A DNA stretch of 64,000 bases from Candidatus Magasanikiibacteriota bacterium (GTDB lineage Bacteria > Patescibacteriota > Patescibacteriia > Magasanikbacterales > GWA2-37-8): contig JBAYHH010000001.1 of assembly GCA_041666265.1 (NCBI GenBank), positions 72,056 through 136,055 on the forward strand. The letters are read 5' to 3'. Below are positions 48,711 to 58,198 of the stretch, one piece after another. Position 1 is the stretch's first letter, and the number at the start of each line of letters is the position of its first letter. The translations under genes and the position numbers were made by a program. The notes beneath the pieces are model-generated. The model worked only from the letters and a program-made list of their open reading frames with translations, did not search any database and had not been told where the DNA came from.

Positions 48711-50825
48711 ATGGTTGAGGAGGCACCAAACAATCCAACGCCGGCGAAACCGGTGGTCAAAGTTGATTCCGAAATCAACTATTTTGGCATGACTAATTTT
48801 CGCAATCAGAATCGTCGCTTTGGCATCAAAATCGACGATCGCCGCCGTCACATGTATACCGTCGGCAAGACCGGTATGGGCAAGACCACCATGTTGGAAA
48901 ACATGGTGCTCAATGATATTTATGCCGGTCATGGCGTGGGCGTGGTGGATCCGCATGGTGATTTTGCCGAAAAAATCATCGACTTTATTCCGCCCGAACG
49001 CATCAACGATGTTGTCTATTTCAATCCGGCCGACATGGACTACCCGATCGGTTTTAATATTTTGGAAACGATTCGTCCCGAGCAAAAACACCTGGTCGCC
49101 TCCGGTCTCATGGGCGTATTTAAAAAAATCTGGCCTGATGTCTGGAGCGCCCGCATGGAATACATTTTAAATAATACTTTGCTCGCTCTCCTGGATTTTC
49201 CGGGCACGACTTTACTTGGCATCAATCGCTTGCTCGCGGACCCGGAATACCGCGGGCGCGTGATCGGCAATCTCAAAGACCCGATTGTGAAGTCGTTTTG
49301 GAACACGGAGTTTGCCGGCTACAATGATCGTTACAAGCAAGAAGCGGTGGCACCGATCCAAAATAAAATCGGGCAATTTATGTCGGCGTCAGTGATCCGA
49401 AATATCGTGGCGCAAGTCAAATCGCGCATCAACATTCGCGAGATCATGGACACGCGCAAGATCCTCATCATGAATCTTTCCAAAGGACGCATTGGCGAAG
49501 ACAACTCGCGCTTGCTCGGCGGTATGCTGATCACCAAGATTCAGCTCGCCGCCATGGAGCGCGTCGATACCCCCGAGAAAGATCGCAAAGATTTCTTTTT
49601 GTATGTCGATGAGTTTCAGAATTTCGCGACCGAGAGTTTTTCCAATATTTTGTCCGAAGCGCGCAAATACCGTTTGGCATTGATCATGGCGCATCAATAC
49701 ATGGAGCAGCTTGAAGAGGAAGTGCTCGCCGCCGTCATCGGTAATGTGGGCACGATTGTTTCGTTTCGCGTCGGCTCGACCGATGCCGAGATTTTAGCCA
49801 AAGAATTTATCCCCACATTTTTGGAAACCGATATTGTAAATTTGGCGAAATATCAAGTATTTTTGAAATTAATGATCGACGGTATTTCGTCCCAACCATT
49901 TTCGGCCATGACATTGCCGCCGATTTTTTCTCAATCGCAACATAGCGCCGAAAAAGTGATCAAAGTTTCGCGCGAACGCTATGCGGTACCCAAAGAAAAA
50001 ATTGAAAATAAAATTGCGCGCTGGAGTGGAATGACCGATGGGGTGGATGATGACGATGAAGATGGTGATGGCATGGGAAATCTTCCGCCGGTGACATCGG
50101 TACCGAAGCCAGCGACAACGAGAGTCGAGGCGCCACGGCCGTCATTTAATAAACCGGCGCCCGTTCGGTCGGCGCCGGCCTCCCGACCACCATTTTCGCG
50201 TAGTCCGCAACCGCGCCCGCCACAAAATATTTCTACGCCCAAAAATATTAGTTTTTCACCGCCACCGGTCAAATCCGGACGGCAAGATAAAAATATTTAT
50301 CAGCGTCCGCCATCAGCGCCTGTTAAAAATCAACAACCGCAAAAACAATTCGTTAAGCCTGCCCCCAAACAAAATGATATTCCGGTGAGTGCTAGCGAGC
50401 CGATTGTTCTCGTGGATACCGCGCAAAAAGGACTTTCTCTGGCCGATGCTTTTAAACCGCGTGAGTCAGCTGTCAAAAAAGAAAATAAACGATCGAATTT
50501 TGTATCTGATACCAGCATAGAAAACGATCAACGCGATGCTACCGCTAAGGCATTGAACAAACAAATTGAACAAACGCCCAACCGCGATGATCACGGCAAT
50601 CTGATGTCCCAGCCGATTAAGCTCTCGTTACCCAAGCCGAATTCATCCACCGCTGTCATTTTGAGCCCTGCCTACCGGCAGGCAGGTGAAACGAAGAATC
50701 TCTCGTCGTCGCAATCTCCCAAGCCCGCCAATCAAAAGACCGACCGACCGACGATTATCCAGCCGGGCGTGGTCACCAAGGTCGAAAATAATGACGAAGA
50801 TGACGCTTGGCGATATGATAAATAA
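48711..50825 (+). CDS. cytoplasmic FtsK/HerA/T4CP-like ATPase with a ~300-aa Pro/Gln/Ser-rich disordered C-terminal tail; paralogue of 31810..34365
   Basis: Walker A TVGKTGMGKT followed by VVDPHGDF, SEARKYRLALIMAHQ; no TM segment; C-terminus is low complexity (PRPSFNKPAPVRSAPASRPPFSRSPQPRPPQN...). Confidence 0.6.
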   Translation: MVEEAPNNPTPAKPVVKVDSEINYFGMTNFRNQNRRFGIKIDDRRRHMYTVGKTGMGKTTMLENMVLNDIYAGHGVGVVDPHGDFAEKIIDFIPPERINDVVYFNPADMDYPIGFNILETIRPEQKHLVASGLMGVFKKIWPDVWSARMEYILNNTLLALLDFPGTTLLGINRLLADPEYRGRVIGNLKDPIVKSFWNTEFAGYNDRYKQEAVAPIQNKIGQFMSASVIRNIVAQVKSRINIREIMDTRKILIMNLSKGRIGEDNSRLLGGMLITKIQLAAMERVDTPEKDRKDFFLYVDEFQNFATESFSNILSEARKYRLALIMAHQYMEQLEEEVLAAVIGNVGTIVSFRVGSTDAEILAKEFIPTFLETDIVNLAKYQVFLKLMIDGISSQPFSAMTLPPIFSQSQHSAEKVIKVSRERYAVPKEKIENKIARWSGMTDGVDDDDEDGDGMGNLPPVTSVPKPATTRVEAPRPSFNKPAPVRSAPASRPPFSRSPQPRPPQNISTPKNISFSPPPVKSGRQDKNIYQRPPSAPVKNQQPQKQFVKPAPKQNDIPVSASEPIVLVDTAQKGLSLADAFKPRESAVKKENKRSNFVSDTSIENDQRDATAKALNKQIEQTPNRDDHGNLMSQPIKLSLPKPNSSTAVILSPAYRQAGETKNLSSSQSPKPANQKTDRPTIIQPGVVTKVENNDEDDAWRYDK

Positions 50826-50856
50826 GCCTTGAAATCCGAGCCCCCAAGCTCGGATT

Positions 50857-51900
50857 TTGGTGTTGCATAGAAAAGAAAATTTAGATATAATGTACTCTAT
50901 GTCTCACATCAAATTTTTCAAGCAAATTTCCAAAGCCGATGTCGCCATCGCCGGCGGCAAGGGAGCGAGCCTCGGCGAGATGACGCAGGCGAAAATTCCG
51001 GTTCCGCCCGGTTTTGTGATCCTCGCCGGCGCGTTTGATCGTTTTTTGACGGAAACCGGATTAAACCAAGAAATCAAGGCGCGCCTCAAAGAAGTGAGTC
51101 TCGACGATACTAATTCCATCGATAAGGCCAGCAATGTGATTCGCGATGTCATCCACGATCGTCCTTTTCCCAAAGATTTGGCCAAAGAAATTTTGGACGC
51201 ATATGATAAATTGATTAGCTCGGATAATAAAAAGATCCTTCGTGTTGCTCAGGATGACAGGTGTTTAGTCGCTGTGCGCAGCAGCGCTACCGCCGAAGAT
51301 GGCGCGGTGGCGAGTTGGGCGGGTGAGCTCGAAACATATCTCAATACTTCTAAGAAGGATTTGATTGTGCGTGTGCGCGAGTGTTGGTCATCATTATTTA
51401 CATCACGCGCGATTTTTTATCGCCATGAAAAAAAGCTGATTGATCACGATGTCTCGGTCGCGGTAGTGGTGCAAGCGATGATCCAAAGTGAGATCTCCGG
51501 CATCGCGTTTACCGTGCATCCGGTTACCGAAGACCCCAACCAAATGATAATTGAGGCCGGCTATGGATTGGGCGAGGCGATTGTGTCGGGGCAAATAACC
51601 CCGGATAGTTATGTGATCGGTAAAAAAGATTTGAATATTATCGATATCAGTATTGGCGAGCAGACGAGGCAATTGGTTAAATTAAAATCAAAAAACGCTG
51701 ATGGCGAATCTAATGGGTGGGTCGAACTGGGACCCGAAGGCGTAAAACAAAAATTATCCGAAAAGCAAATCATCGCGTTGGCCAAAATATGTCAAAAAAT
51801 TGAAAACCATTACGGTTTTCCTTGCGATATCGAGTGGGCGTTTGCCGGCGGTAAATTTTATATTACCCAAAGCCGTCCGATCACTACTTTAAAAAAATAA
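50857..51900 (+). CDS. standalone PEP-utilizing-enzyme N-terminal ATP-grasp domain protein (PPDK_N-like); start codon uncertain
   Basis: ADVAIAGGKGASLGEMTQAKIPVPPGFVI is characteristic of the PEP synthase/PPDK/rifampin-phosphotransferase nucleotide-binding domain; no swivel or His domain follows. Confidence 0.6.
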   Translation: MVLHRKENLDIMYSMSHIKFFKQISKADVAIAGGKGASLGEMTQAKIPVPPGFVILAGAFDRFLTETGLNQEIKARLKEVSLDDTNSIDKASNVIRDVIHDRPFPKDLAKEILDAYDKLISSDNKKILRVAQDDRCLVAVRSSATAEDGAVASWAGELETYLNTSKKDLIVRVRECWSSLFTSRAIFYRHEKKLIDHDVSVAVVVQAMIQSEISGIAFTVHPVTEDPNQMIIEAGYGLGEAIVSGQITPDSYVIGKKDLNIIDISIGEQTRQLVKLKSKNADGESNGWVELGPEGVKQKLSEKQIIALAKICQKIENHYGFPCDIEWAFAGGKFYITQSRPITTLKK

Positions 51901-51909
51901 TTTTCATTC

Positions 51910-52734
51910 ATGTCAATATTACACGCCATTGTTTTTGGTATGGTCGAGGGAATCACCGAATTTTTGCCGATTTCATCGACCGGCCATCTGATCTTGACCG
52001 CGGATATATTACGCCTGCCATCAAATGAGTTTCAAAAAAGTTTTGAAATTATTATTCAGTTGGGCGCGATTTTGGCGGTGGTGGTTTGGTATTGGAAAAA
52101 ATTATGGCAGTGGGAAACGATCGCAAAATTAGCGGTCGCTTTCGCGCCCACCGCAGTTTTGGGATTGGCGTTTTACCGCGTCATCAAGCATTTTTTATTG
52201 GGCAATACCATGGTGGTGTTGGGTGCGTTGTTTCTGGGTGGGGTTTTTTTGGTAGTTTTTGAGTGGTATTTAGGACAGCGCTTAAATCGTCCGTTAAGTA
52301 TTTCGAAAGACAAAGTCGAGCCGGCATTATTGATACTGTCCGATACTAACAGTATTCAAACTGTTGGTTATCTTCAATCATTTATTATCGGTTTGTTTCA
52401 ATCAATCGCGATGATTCCAGGAGTATCGCGTAGCGCCGCCACCATTGTTGGCGGGTTAATTTTAGGTTTAAATCGTCAGACTATTGTTGAGTTTTCCTTT
52501 CTTTTGGCTGTGCCCACCATGCTCGCGGCCAGTTGTTTGGATATTTATAAATCAGCCGGCAGTTTTGCGGGCGCCGACTATTGGGCATTGGGTGTTGGTT
52601 TTGTGGTTTCATTTTTTGTTGCTTTGGCGGTTATTCAATGGCTTTTGAAATATATTCAAAAAAACTCTTTTATTTCTTTTGGAGTGTATCGTATTATTAT
52701 CGCGGTGTTATTTTGGGTTGTCCTGATATTGTAG
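51910..52734 (+). CDS. uppP: undecaprenyl-diphosphate phosphatase
   Basis: GMVEGITEFLPISSTGHLIL and PGVSRSAATI motifs of BacA/UppP. Confidence 0.85.
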   Translation: MSILHAIVFGMVEGITEFLPISSTGHLILTADILRLPSNEFQKSFEIIIQLGAILAVVVWYWKKLWQWETIAKLAVAFAPTAVLGLAFYRVIKHFLLGNTMVVLGALFLGGVFLVVFEWYLGQRLNRPLSISKDKVEPALLILSDTNSIQTVGYLQSFIIGLFQSIAMIPGVSRSAATIVGGLILGLNRQTIVEFSFLLAVPTMLAASCLDIYKSAGSFAGADYWALGVGFVVSFFVALAVIQWLLKYIQKNSFISFGVYRIIIAVLFWVVLIL

Positions 52735-52739
52735 TTGAT

Positions 52740-53492
52740 ATGTTTTCCGCTGATGATGTTTCGACAATACACCGTGAATTGCAGAGAATTTTTTATAATG
52801 GAAAAGTATATTTGGGCGGAAGTTATTTGTATAATGAAGCGAATCAAGACAGCGATGTTGATTTCTATTTCGTCGGATCAATCTTCGCTTGTTTTTTTCA
52901 TAAACGCCAAAAAGCCAGGGTGGCTGATTTAAAAACTCGCTACCCGTATTTTTCTATCATGCTTTTGCCGAAGTTATCGGTTAGGTTCGGTATTTTTTAT
53001 TTTTACGGGCGTGATCTTGACGGTCGATTGCGTTATGCCACGCCCAATAAACGATTGGTAATCGGCAATTGTATTAAATTTGCATATTTTAATTATTTGC
53101 GTAGTTTGCTTGGTAGTGCCAAAAGCGGACGCTGTCTGCGCAAATCCTATTTACAGCTGGCGGCCGCTCGCTGTATCGCGAGTGATCCGGATTATCGCGA
53201 ACCAATATTTTCGCGCCAGTATTTGCGCGCGCACGGGTATTGGTATGAGGGGGAATTTTGCGATTTTGTTGATCAGCTTACTCTAAGTTTGAATAAATAT
53301 CTTGGTTTTTCATGGTTGAATTACATTATTTACAATGTTCGTTTCGGTCTGTTGGGGAATTTTGAATTCATCGGCCGCAATCCCGATCGCTGGATCGTGG
53401 GCTGTCTTCAAGAGGGCTTGAAAGATAATCGAAATTTTGATAAACTCTTGGAGCGCATCCGGCGCGTGATTTTTCCGGTAATTATCTTATGA
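52740..53492 (+). CDS. nucleotidyltransferase-fold (Pol-beta-like) domain protein
   Basis: GGSYLYNEANQDSDVDFYF (GS...DxD NTase motif); start set at ATG 52740, directly after the uppP stop. Confidence 0.5.
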   Translation: MFSADDVSTIHRELQRIFYNGKVYLGGSYLYNEANQDSDVDFYFVGSIFACFFHKRQKARVADLKTRYPYFSIMLLPKLSVRFGIFYFYGRDLDGRLRYATPNKRLVIGNCIKFAYFNYLRSLLGSAKSGRCLRKSYLQLAAARCIASDPDYREPIFSRQYLRAHGYWYEGEFCDFVDQLTLSLNKYLGFSWLNYIIYNVRFGLLGNFEFIGRNPDRWIVGCLQEGLKDNRNFDKLLERIRRVIFPVIIL

Positions 53493-54616
53493 ATTATATT
53501 TTGCATGTCGATGAAATTTTTCTCAAAGGCAATAATCAGCCCTTTTTTTATCGCGCCCTGATCAGTAATTTATTAAATACTTTCGCCGGTGTGGAGGTAA
53601 AAAGGATCGAGGGGGGAGTATGGCTCAAAAATCTAAGCGAGAATGATTTGGATATTTTAAAATGCTTTCCCGGCGTGGCCAATTTTGCCCTGGCGGAAAA
53701 ATGCGAAACCGGCATCGAAAATATCAAAATAGCTGTTGATAAATTACTGGTCGGCGATGAATATCGGACTTTTCGGGTCTCGGCCAATCGTTCTGACAAA
53801 AAATATCCGTTGACCTCGGGCGAGATTGAACGAGCGATCGGCCAGTATATAGGTGAAAAGTATCATTGGAAAGTTGACTTGAAAAAATTTGATCAAGAAA
53901 TCAATATCAATGTCGGGTCTGATGGGGCCATAGTATATGGAAATTTAATCGAAGGAGCCGGTGGTTTACCGGTGGGCACTACCGGCAAAGTGCTGTGCCT
54001 TTTGTCCGGCGGCATTGATAGTCCGGTGGCCGCTTATGAAATGATGAAACGGGGGGCGGAAGTGGCATTTGTCCATTTCATGAATCAAACCGCCGTCAGC
54101 GAGTCAGTTGGTGAAAAAATTTTTGATTTAGTGCGCCTGCTCGCTCGATTTCAGGGCCGGTCGCGTTTGTTTGTTGTTCCATTTGCTGATCTGCAAAAAG
54201 AAGTGGTAATGAAAGTGCCGTCCGGTTATCGCATGATTATCAATCGTCGCCTATTTTTACGAATAGCGGAAAAGATCGCGCAAAACGAAAAATGCCTGGC
54301 TTTGGTCACGGGGGATAGTCTGGGTCAGGTGGCTTCGCAAACTTTGGAAAATATGAGCGCGATTCAAAGCGCTTCCGCCATGCTCAAGCTGTCGCCACTG
54401 GTCGGGACCAATAAACGAGAGATAATTAATCGCGCTCGCGCTATCAAAACACTGGATATTTCCCACCGTCCCTACGAGGATTGCTGCAGTTTGTTTGTGG
54501 CCAAACACCCCGAGACCAAAGCGAAGCCTTTGGTCATAGAAAAGATTGAACAGAATCTTGATTTTACCCGGCTTGACAAAATTCAACCTATATCATACTA
54601 TATTAGTAGTAATTAA
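53489..54616 (+). CDS. thiI: tRNA 4-thiouridine synthase ThiI
   Basis: THUMP-like N-terminus, PP-loop LLSGGIDSPVAAY; 375 aa. Confidence 0.8.
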   Translation: MNYILHVDEIFLKGNNQPFFYRALISNLLNTFAGVEVKRIEGGVWLKNLSENDLDILKCFPGVANFALAEKCETGIENIKIAVDKLLVGDEYRTFRVSANRSDKKYPLTSGEIERAIGQYIGEKYHWKVDLKKFDQEININVGSDGAIVYGNLIEGAGGLPVGTTGKVLCLLSGGIDSPVAAYEMMKRGAEVAFVHFMNQTAVSESVGEKIFDLVRLLARFQGRSRLFVVPFADLQKEVVMKVPSGYRMIINRRLFLRIAEKIAQNEKCLALVTGDSLGQVASQTLENMSAIQSASAMLKLSPLVGTNKREIINRARAIKTLDISHRPYEDCCSLFVAKHPETKAKPLVIEKIEQNLDFTRLDKIQPISYYISSN

Positions 54617-54622
54617 CAAACT

Positions 54623-55213
54623 ATGAATGAAATCGTCTTTGACATTGAAACGCAAAATACCTTCGCGGAAGTGGACAATGATTTTAAAAAATTTAAAATT
54701 TCCGTAGTTTCGATTTATAGCTATGCCACCGATGTTTATCAAAGCTTTACCGAACACGAATTGACGAAACTTTGGCCGATACTTGAGCGCGCCGATCGCA
54801 TCATCGGGTACAATAGCGAGCATTTCGATTTGCCGATTTTACACAATTATTATCTCGGGCATCTGGACCAGATACCCCATCTGGATATCATGAAATGCGT
54901 GAAGGAGGCTCTCGGCTTTCGATTAAAGCTCGATGACTTGGCTCAAGCCACCCTGGATGGGGTGCAAAAGAGCGCTGACGGGCTTCAGGCCATTCGCTGG
55001 TATCGCGAGGGAAAAATCGATGAGATCAAGAAATATTGTGAAATGGATGTCAAAATAACCAAGGAAATTTACGATTTTGGCCGAGCCAACAAACAATTGT
55101 TTTATAAAAATTTAAAAGGAGAAGAAATTCCTTTTGCCGTGAATTTTGAACCGGTCAAAAATTCATCCGATCATTCCATGGCCAATAAGATCAATTTAAC
55201 ATTGCCGTTTTAA
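54623..55213 (+). CDS. DEDD-family (DnaQ-like) 3'-5' exonuclease
   Basis: Exo I VFDIETQ, Exo II GYNSEHFDLPIL, Exo III YCEMDVKITKEIY. Confidence 0.65.
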   Translation: MNEIVFDIETQNTFAEVDNDFKKFKISVVSIYSYATDVYQSFTEHELTKLWPILERADRIIGYNSEHFDLPILHNYYLGHLDQIPHLDIMKCVKEALGFRLKLDDLAQATLDGVQKSADGLQAIRWYREGKIDEIKKYCEMDVKITKEIYDFGRANKQLFYKNLKGEEIPFAVNFEPVKNSSDHSMANKINLTLPF

Positions 55214-55214
55214 T

Positions 55215-55604
55215 ATGTTGTCACTGCGTCGCGAGACCGAATACGCTGTCCAGATGTTGCGCGTCTTGTCAAAATCAAATAAAGACACCAGCCTAAAAGA
55301 TGTTTCCGAAGAAATCGGCGCGTCATTTTTATTTTTGCAAAAAATCGCGCGCAAACTTCGGCAAGCTAAATTGATCAGTGCCGGCAAAGGCGTCAATGGC
55401 GGTTATAGTTTATTGATTTCGCCAAAAAAATTATCTTTGGGTAAAATTATCGCGGTTACCGAGAATGCTTGCGAGCTTTTGCCGTGTTGTCAGAAGAAAT
55501 TTTTATGTTCCAAATCAAAAAATTGCGCGCTTAAAGGCAAGGTTTTGAAAGTTAACGACGCGCTTAATTCCATGTTGGCAAAAATTAAATTAAGCGACCT
55601 GTAA
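55215..55604 (+). CDS. Rrf2-family transcriptional regulator (IscR-like)
   Basis: wHTH LSKSNKDTSLKDVSEEIGASFLFLQKIARKLRQAKLI...GGY and C-terminal Cys residues. Confidence 0.75.
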   Translation: MLSLRRETEYAVQMLRVLSKSNKDTSLKDVSEEIGASFLFLQKIARKLRQAKLISAGKGVNGGYSLLISPKKLSLGKIIAVTENACELLPCCQKKFLCSKSKNCALKGKVLKVNDALNSMLAKIKLSDL

Positions 55605-55605
55605 T

Positions 55606-56838
55606 ATGTTGGCCAAACCAAAGAAAATTAAAAGTATTTATCTCGATCACGCGGCGACGACCTATGTGGATCCGCGCGTTTTAGAGTCGATGATGCCGTA
55701 TTTTACCAAAAATTTTGGCAATCCGTCCTCGCTTTATCGCAAAGGGCGCGAAGCTAATGGCGCGGTTAATGACGCGCGTCGATCAGCGGCGAGCATTTTT
55801 CACGCGCTTCCGGAAAATATTATTTTTACCGGCGGGGGCACCGAATCAGATAATTTGGCGATTTTTGGCGTAGCGCGGGCGCATTCCACCAAAGGCAAGC
55901 ATATTGTTTCGACACCCATCGAGCATCATGCTGTCCTGCACGCTCTTGACGACCTAAAAAAACAAGGCTGGGAAATTACTTATTTAAAAGTGGACAAGGA
56001 TGGTCAAATTGACCCGCACGCAGTAATTCAAGCAATTCGCCCTGATACAGTATTGATCTCTATCATGTATGCCAATAATGAAATCGGCACGATTGAGCCG
56101 ATTGCCGAGATTGGACGAGCGCTTTTGAAATATCGTCAAGCCAATAATACACCGTATCCGTATTTTCATAGCGATGCTTGTCAGGCGGCCGGATATTTGA
56201 GTCTGGATGTTGAAAAACTACATGTTGATTTGATGACGATCAATGGCAGTAAAATTTACGGTCCCAAAGGAGCGGGGGTATTATATGTGCGTCGCGGGGT
56301 CAAGGTGTCGCCATTGATTGTGGGCGGGGGACAAGAACGCCGTCTGCGCGCCGGCACGGAAAATGTTCCCGGTATCGTCGGGTTGGCTCGAGCGCTTGAA
56401 ATGGCGCATCAGAACGCTGAAAAAGAAAGCGCGCGCGTGCGTGATTTGACCAAAAAATTGTGGAGTGAAATTCAGAATTCGATCACCCATGTGAAACTCA
56501 ATGGGCCCGAAATTGGCGAGGCGCGCCTACCCAACAATCTCAATGTCACTTTTCTCGATGTTGAGGGGGAGGCGATGTTACTTTACCTCGATGAATATGG
56601 GGTGATGTGTTCGACCGGGTCGGCGTGTACTTCCGAGTCGCTCGAGCCCTCGCATGTGCTTTCCGCTTTGGGGTTGCCCTACGAATACGCCCATGGCAGT
56701 ATCAGATTTTCATTCGGTCATTGCAATTCGGAGTTGGAAATCAAATACCTGATGAAATACTTGCCGGCAATAGTGGCGCAATTGCGCGAAATGAGCCCGA
56801 CCAATATTACCGGTGAAAAACATGCTCGCTATAAATAA
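55606..56838 (+). CDS. iscS: cysteine desulfurase (IscS/NifS class)
   Basis: PLP-Lys region SINGSKIYGPKG, active-site loop STGSACTS. Confidence 0.9.
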   Translation: MLAKPKKIKSIYLDHAATTYVDPRVLESMMPYFTKNFGNPSSLYRKGREANGAVNDARRSAASIFHALPENIIFTGGGTESDNLAIFGVARAHSTKGKHIVSTPIEHHAVLHALDDLKKQGWEITYLKVDKDGQIDPHAVIQAIRPDTVLISIMYANNEIGTIEPIAEIGRALLKYRQANNTPYPYFHSDACQAAGYLSLDVEKLHVDLMTINGSKIYGPKGAGVLYVRRGVKVSPLIVGGGQERRLRAGTENVPGIVGLARALEMAHQNAEKESARVRDLTKKLWSEIQNSITHVKLNGPEIGEARLPNNLNVTFLDVEGEAMLLYLDEYGVMCSTGSACTSESLEPSHVLSALGLPYEYAHGSIRFSFGHCNSELEIKYLMKYLPAIVAQLREMSPTNITGEKHARYK

Positions 56839-57523
56839 TATTATGCCCAATAAATCAATTAAACAAGAAAATTTGTCCGCGCCCGTCGATATCCGTTCTC
56901 AAGATGGCGGTGGCTGGCTTTATTCCGATATCGTCAAAGATCATTTTTTTAATCCGCGCAATTTCATGCATTATGGAGAGGAAGAGAAGTTTGAATTTAA
57001 CGGCCTGGGTCGGGTCGGCAGTCCGGCTTGCGGTGATGAGATGGTGCTGTGGATTTGGGTGGATAAAAAATCTGACAAAATAAAAAATTGTCGTTGGCGA
57101 ACTTTTGGATGTGGTAGCGCTATCGCGTCGACCAGCGTGCTTTCGGAAATGATCATAGAAAATGACGGAATGTCAGTCAAAAAAGCCTTGGAAATCAAAC
57201 CGCAAGATATTTTGGCGCGTTTGGGAGGGTTGCCGGATCGCAAAATTCATTGTTCTGTCTTGGGTGACAAAGCGCTTCAGGCCGCGGTCAATGATTTTTT
57301 TCGTAATACCGATCAGCACGATCGGGTGGTGACAGCCGGCGCCAAAGTGATCGATGCCGATTTGCATATCACCGATCATGATATCGAAGAAGCGGTGCTG
57401 GAAGGCGCGCAAACACTCGAAGATTTGCAGAAAAAACTGAAAGTAGGCGTGATTAACAAACAATCAATTCCTCAAATTGAGGATTTATTAAGATTTTATC
57501 AAGAAAAATACTATGGGAACTAA
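56813..57523 (+). CDS. iscU: Fe-S cluster assembly scaffold, NifU/IscU-like with an N-terminal extension (start uncertain; alternative ATG at 56843)
   Basis: three conserved Cys: GSPACGDEM, FGCGSAIAS, HCSVL. Confidence 0.8.
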   Translation: MKNMLAINNIMPNKSIKQENLSAPVDIRSQDGGGWLYSDIVKDHFFNPRNFMHYGEEEKFEFNGLGRVGSPACGDEMVLWIWVDKKSDKIKNCRWRTFGCGSAIASTSVLSEMIIENDGMSVKKALEIKPQDILARLGGLPDRKIHCSVLGDKALQAAVNDFFRNTDQHDRVVTAGAKVIDADLHITDHDIEEAVLEGAQTLEDLQKKLKVGVINKQSIPQIEDLLRFYQEKYYGN

Positions 57524-57692
57524 AATAGATAAAGAAAAGTGTATTGGCTGTGGCACCTGTGTGGCGCTCTGTCCCAATGTTTTTAAAATGGAAGACGACG
57601 GCAAAGCGATTGTTCTTGATGAGGCGGGCGATACTGCCGACAACATCAAAATGGCGAGTGACTCATGTCCGACCCAAGCCATCAGCGCTTAA
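57513..57692 (+). CDS. single-cluster [4Fe-4S] ferredoxin (59 aa, Bacillus thermoproteolyticus type); absent from the supplied ORF track
   Basis: MGTKIDKEKCIGCGTCVALCPNVFKMEDDGKAIVLDEAGD...DSCPTQAISA: CxxCxxC...CP cluster motif plus distal CP. Overlaps the iscU 3' end by 11 nt in another frame; followed by a terminator. Confidence 0.7.
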   Translation: MGTKIDKEKCIGCGTCVALCPNVFKMEDDGKAIVLDEAGDTADNIKMASDSCPTQAISA

Positions 57693-57703
57693 GGTTGGGT
57701 TTT

Positions 57704-57737
57704 AAAAAATACGCGATTTTGTTGCGTATTTTTTTAT
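57704..57737 (+). terminator. rho-independent terminator ending the isc-ferredoxin operon
   Basis: AAAAAATACGC-gattttgtt-GCGTATTTTTTT. Confidence 0.75.
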
Positions 57738-57791
57738 TTATGATAAACTATAATCGGCGTTCTTTTATTAACCTCGAATCGGGAGCGGAAA

Positions 57792-58124
57792 ATGGAGGGT
57801 GGCCCGCAACCGAAAAGGGCTCCGATTTCCAAAGCGACCTTCTTGTCGCTTCACAAGGGTGATTTGATGGTTGGCTTGCGCCACCGTTATTTGGTGCGAA
57901 GCCATCCCGGCTTCACGACCCGCAGTGAATACATCGGTCTTTGCTGGGTCAAAGTCGGCACCCACAACGAAGCCACCGGAGAGACGGTTTGGGAGGAAGG
58001 GGCCGAGGGCTTGGCTTGGGACAAAGAGCGTGACTGTATCGTCGATGTCTTTGCTGATCGTGGCAAGGAAATCTGCGTCGATCTCACGCCCGGGGTCGCG
58101 GAAGCTTGGCTTTTCGCGGCCTGA
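57792..58124 (+). CDS. hypothetical small protein (110 aa, or 85 aa from the internal Met) in a locally GC-rich segment
   Basis: ~43% of codons start with G in this frame and codon choice resembles host genes; several other frames are also open here, so the call is tentative. Confidence 0.35.
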   Translation: MEGGPQPKRAPISKATFLSLHKGDLMVGLRHRYLVRSHPGFTTRSEYIGLCWVKVGTHNEATGETVWEEGAEGLAWDKERDCIVDVFADRGKEICVDLTPGVAEAWLFAA

Positions 58125-58198
58125 CCAAGGCAAGACAAATTTAATTTCGGGTACCATGGGCGCGCACGGAGGGCGCCCATTACTAAAATTCAGCCATT

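Noticed and set aside
57738-58198. RNase P RNA or tmRNA in the GC-rich gap
   Set aside because: I could not find the P4 helix strands (GGAAAGUCCGGGCUCC / ACAGAACCCGGCUUA), the tmRNA 5' GGGG...3' UCCACCA ends, or a tag reading frame. Only a vague GAAAAGGGCUCC resemblance. It is kept as a finding to be checked with Infernal, not as a feature.
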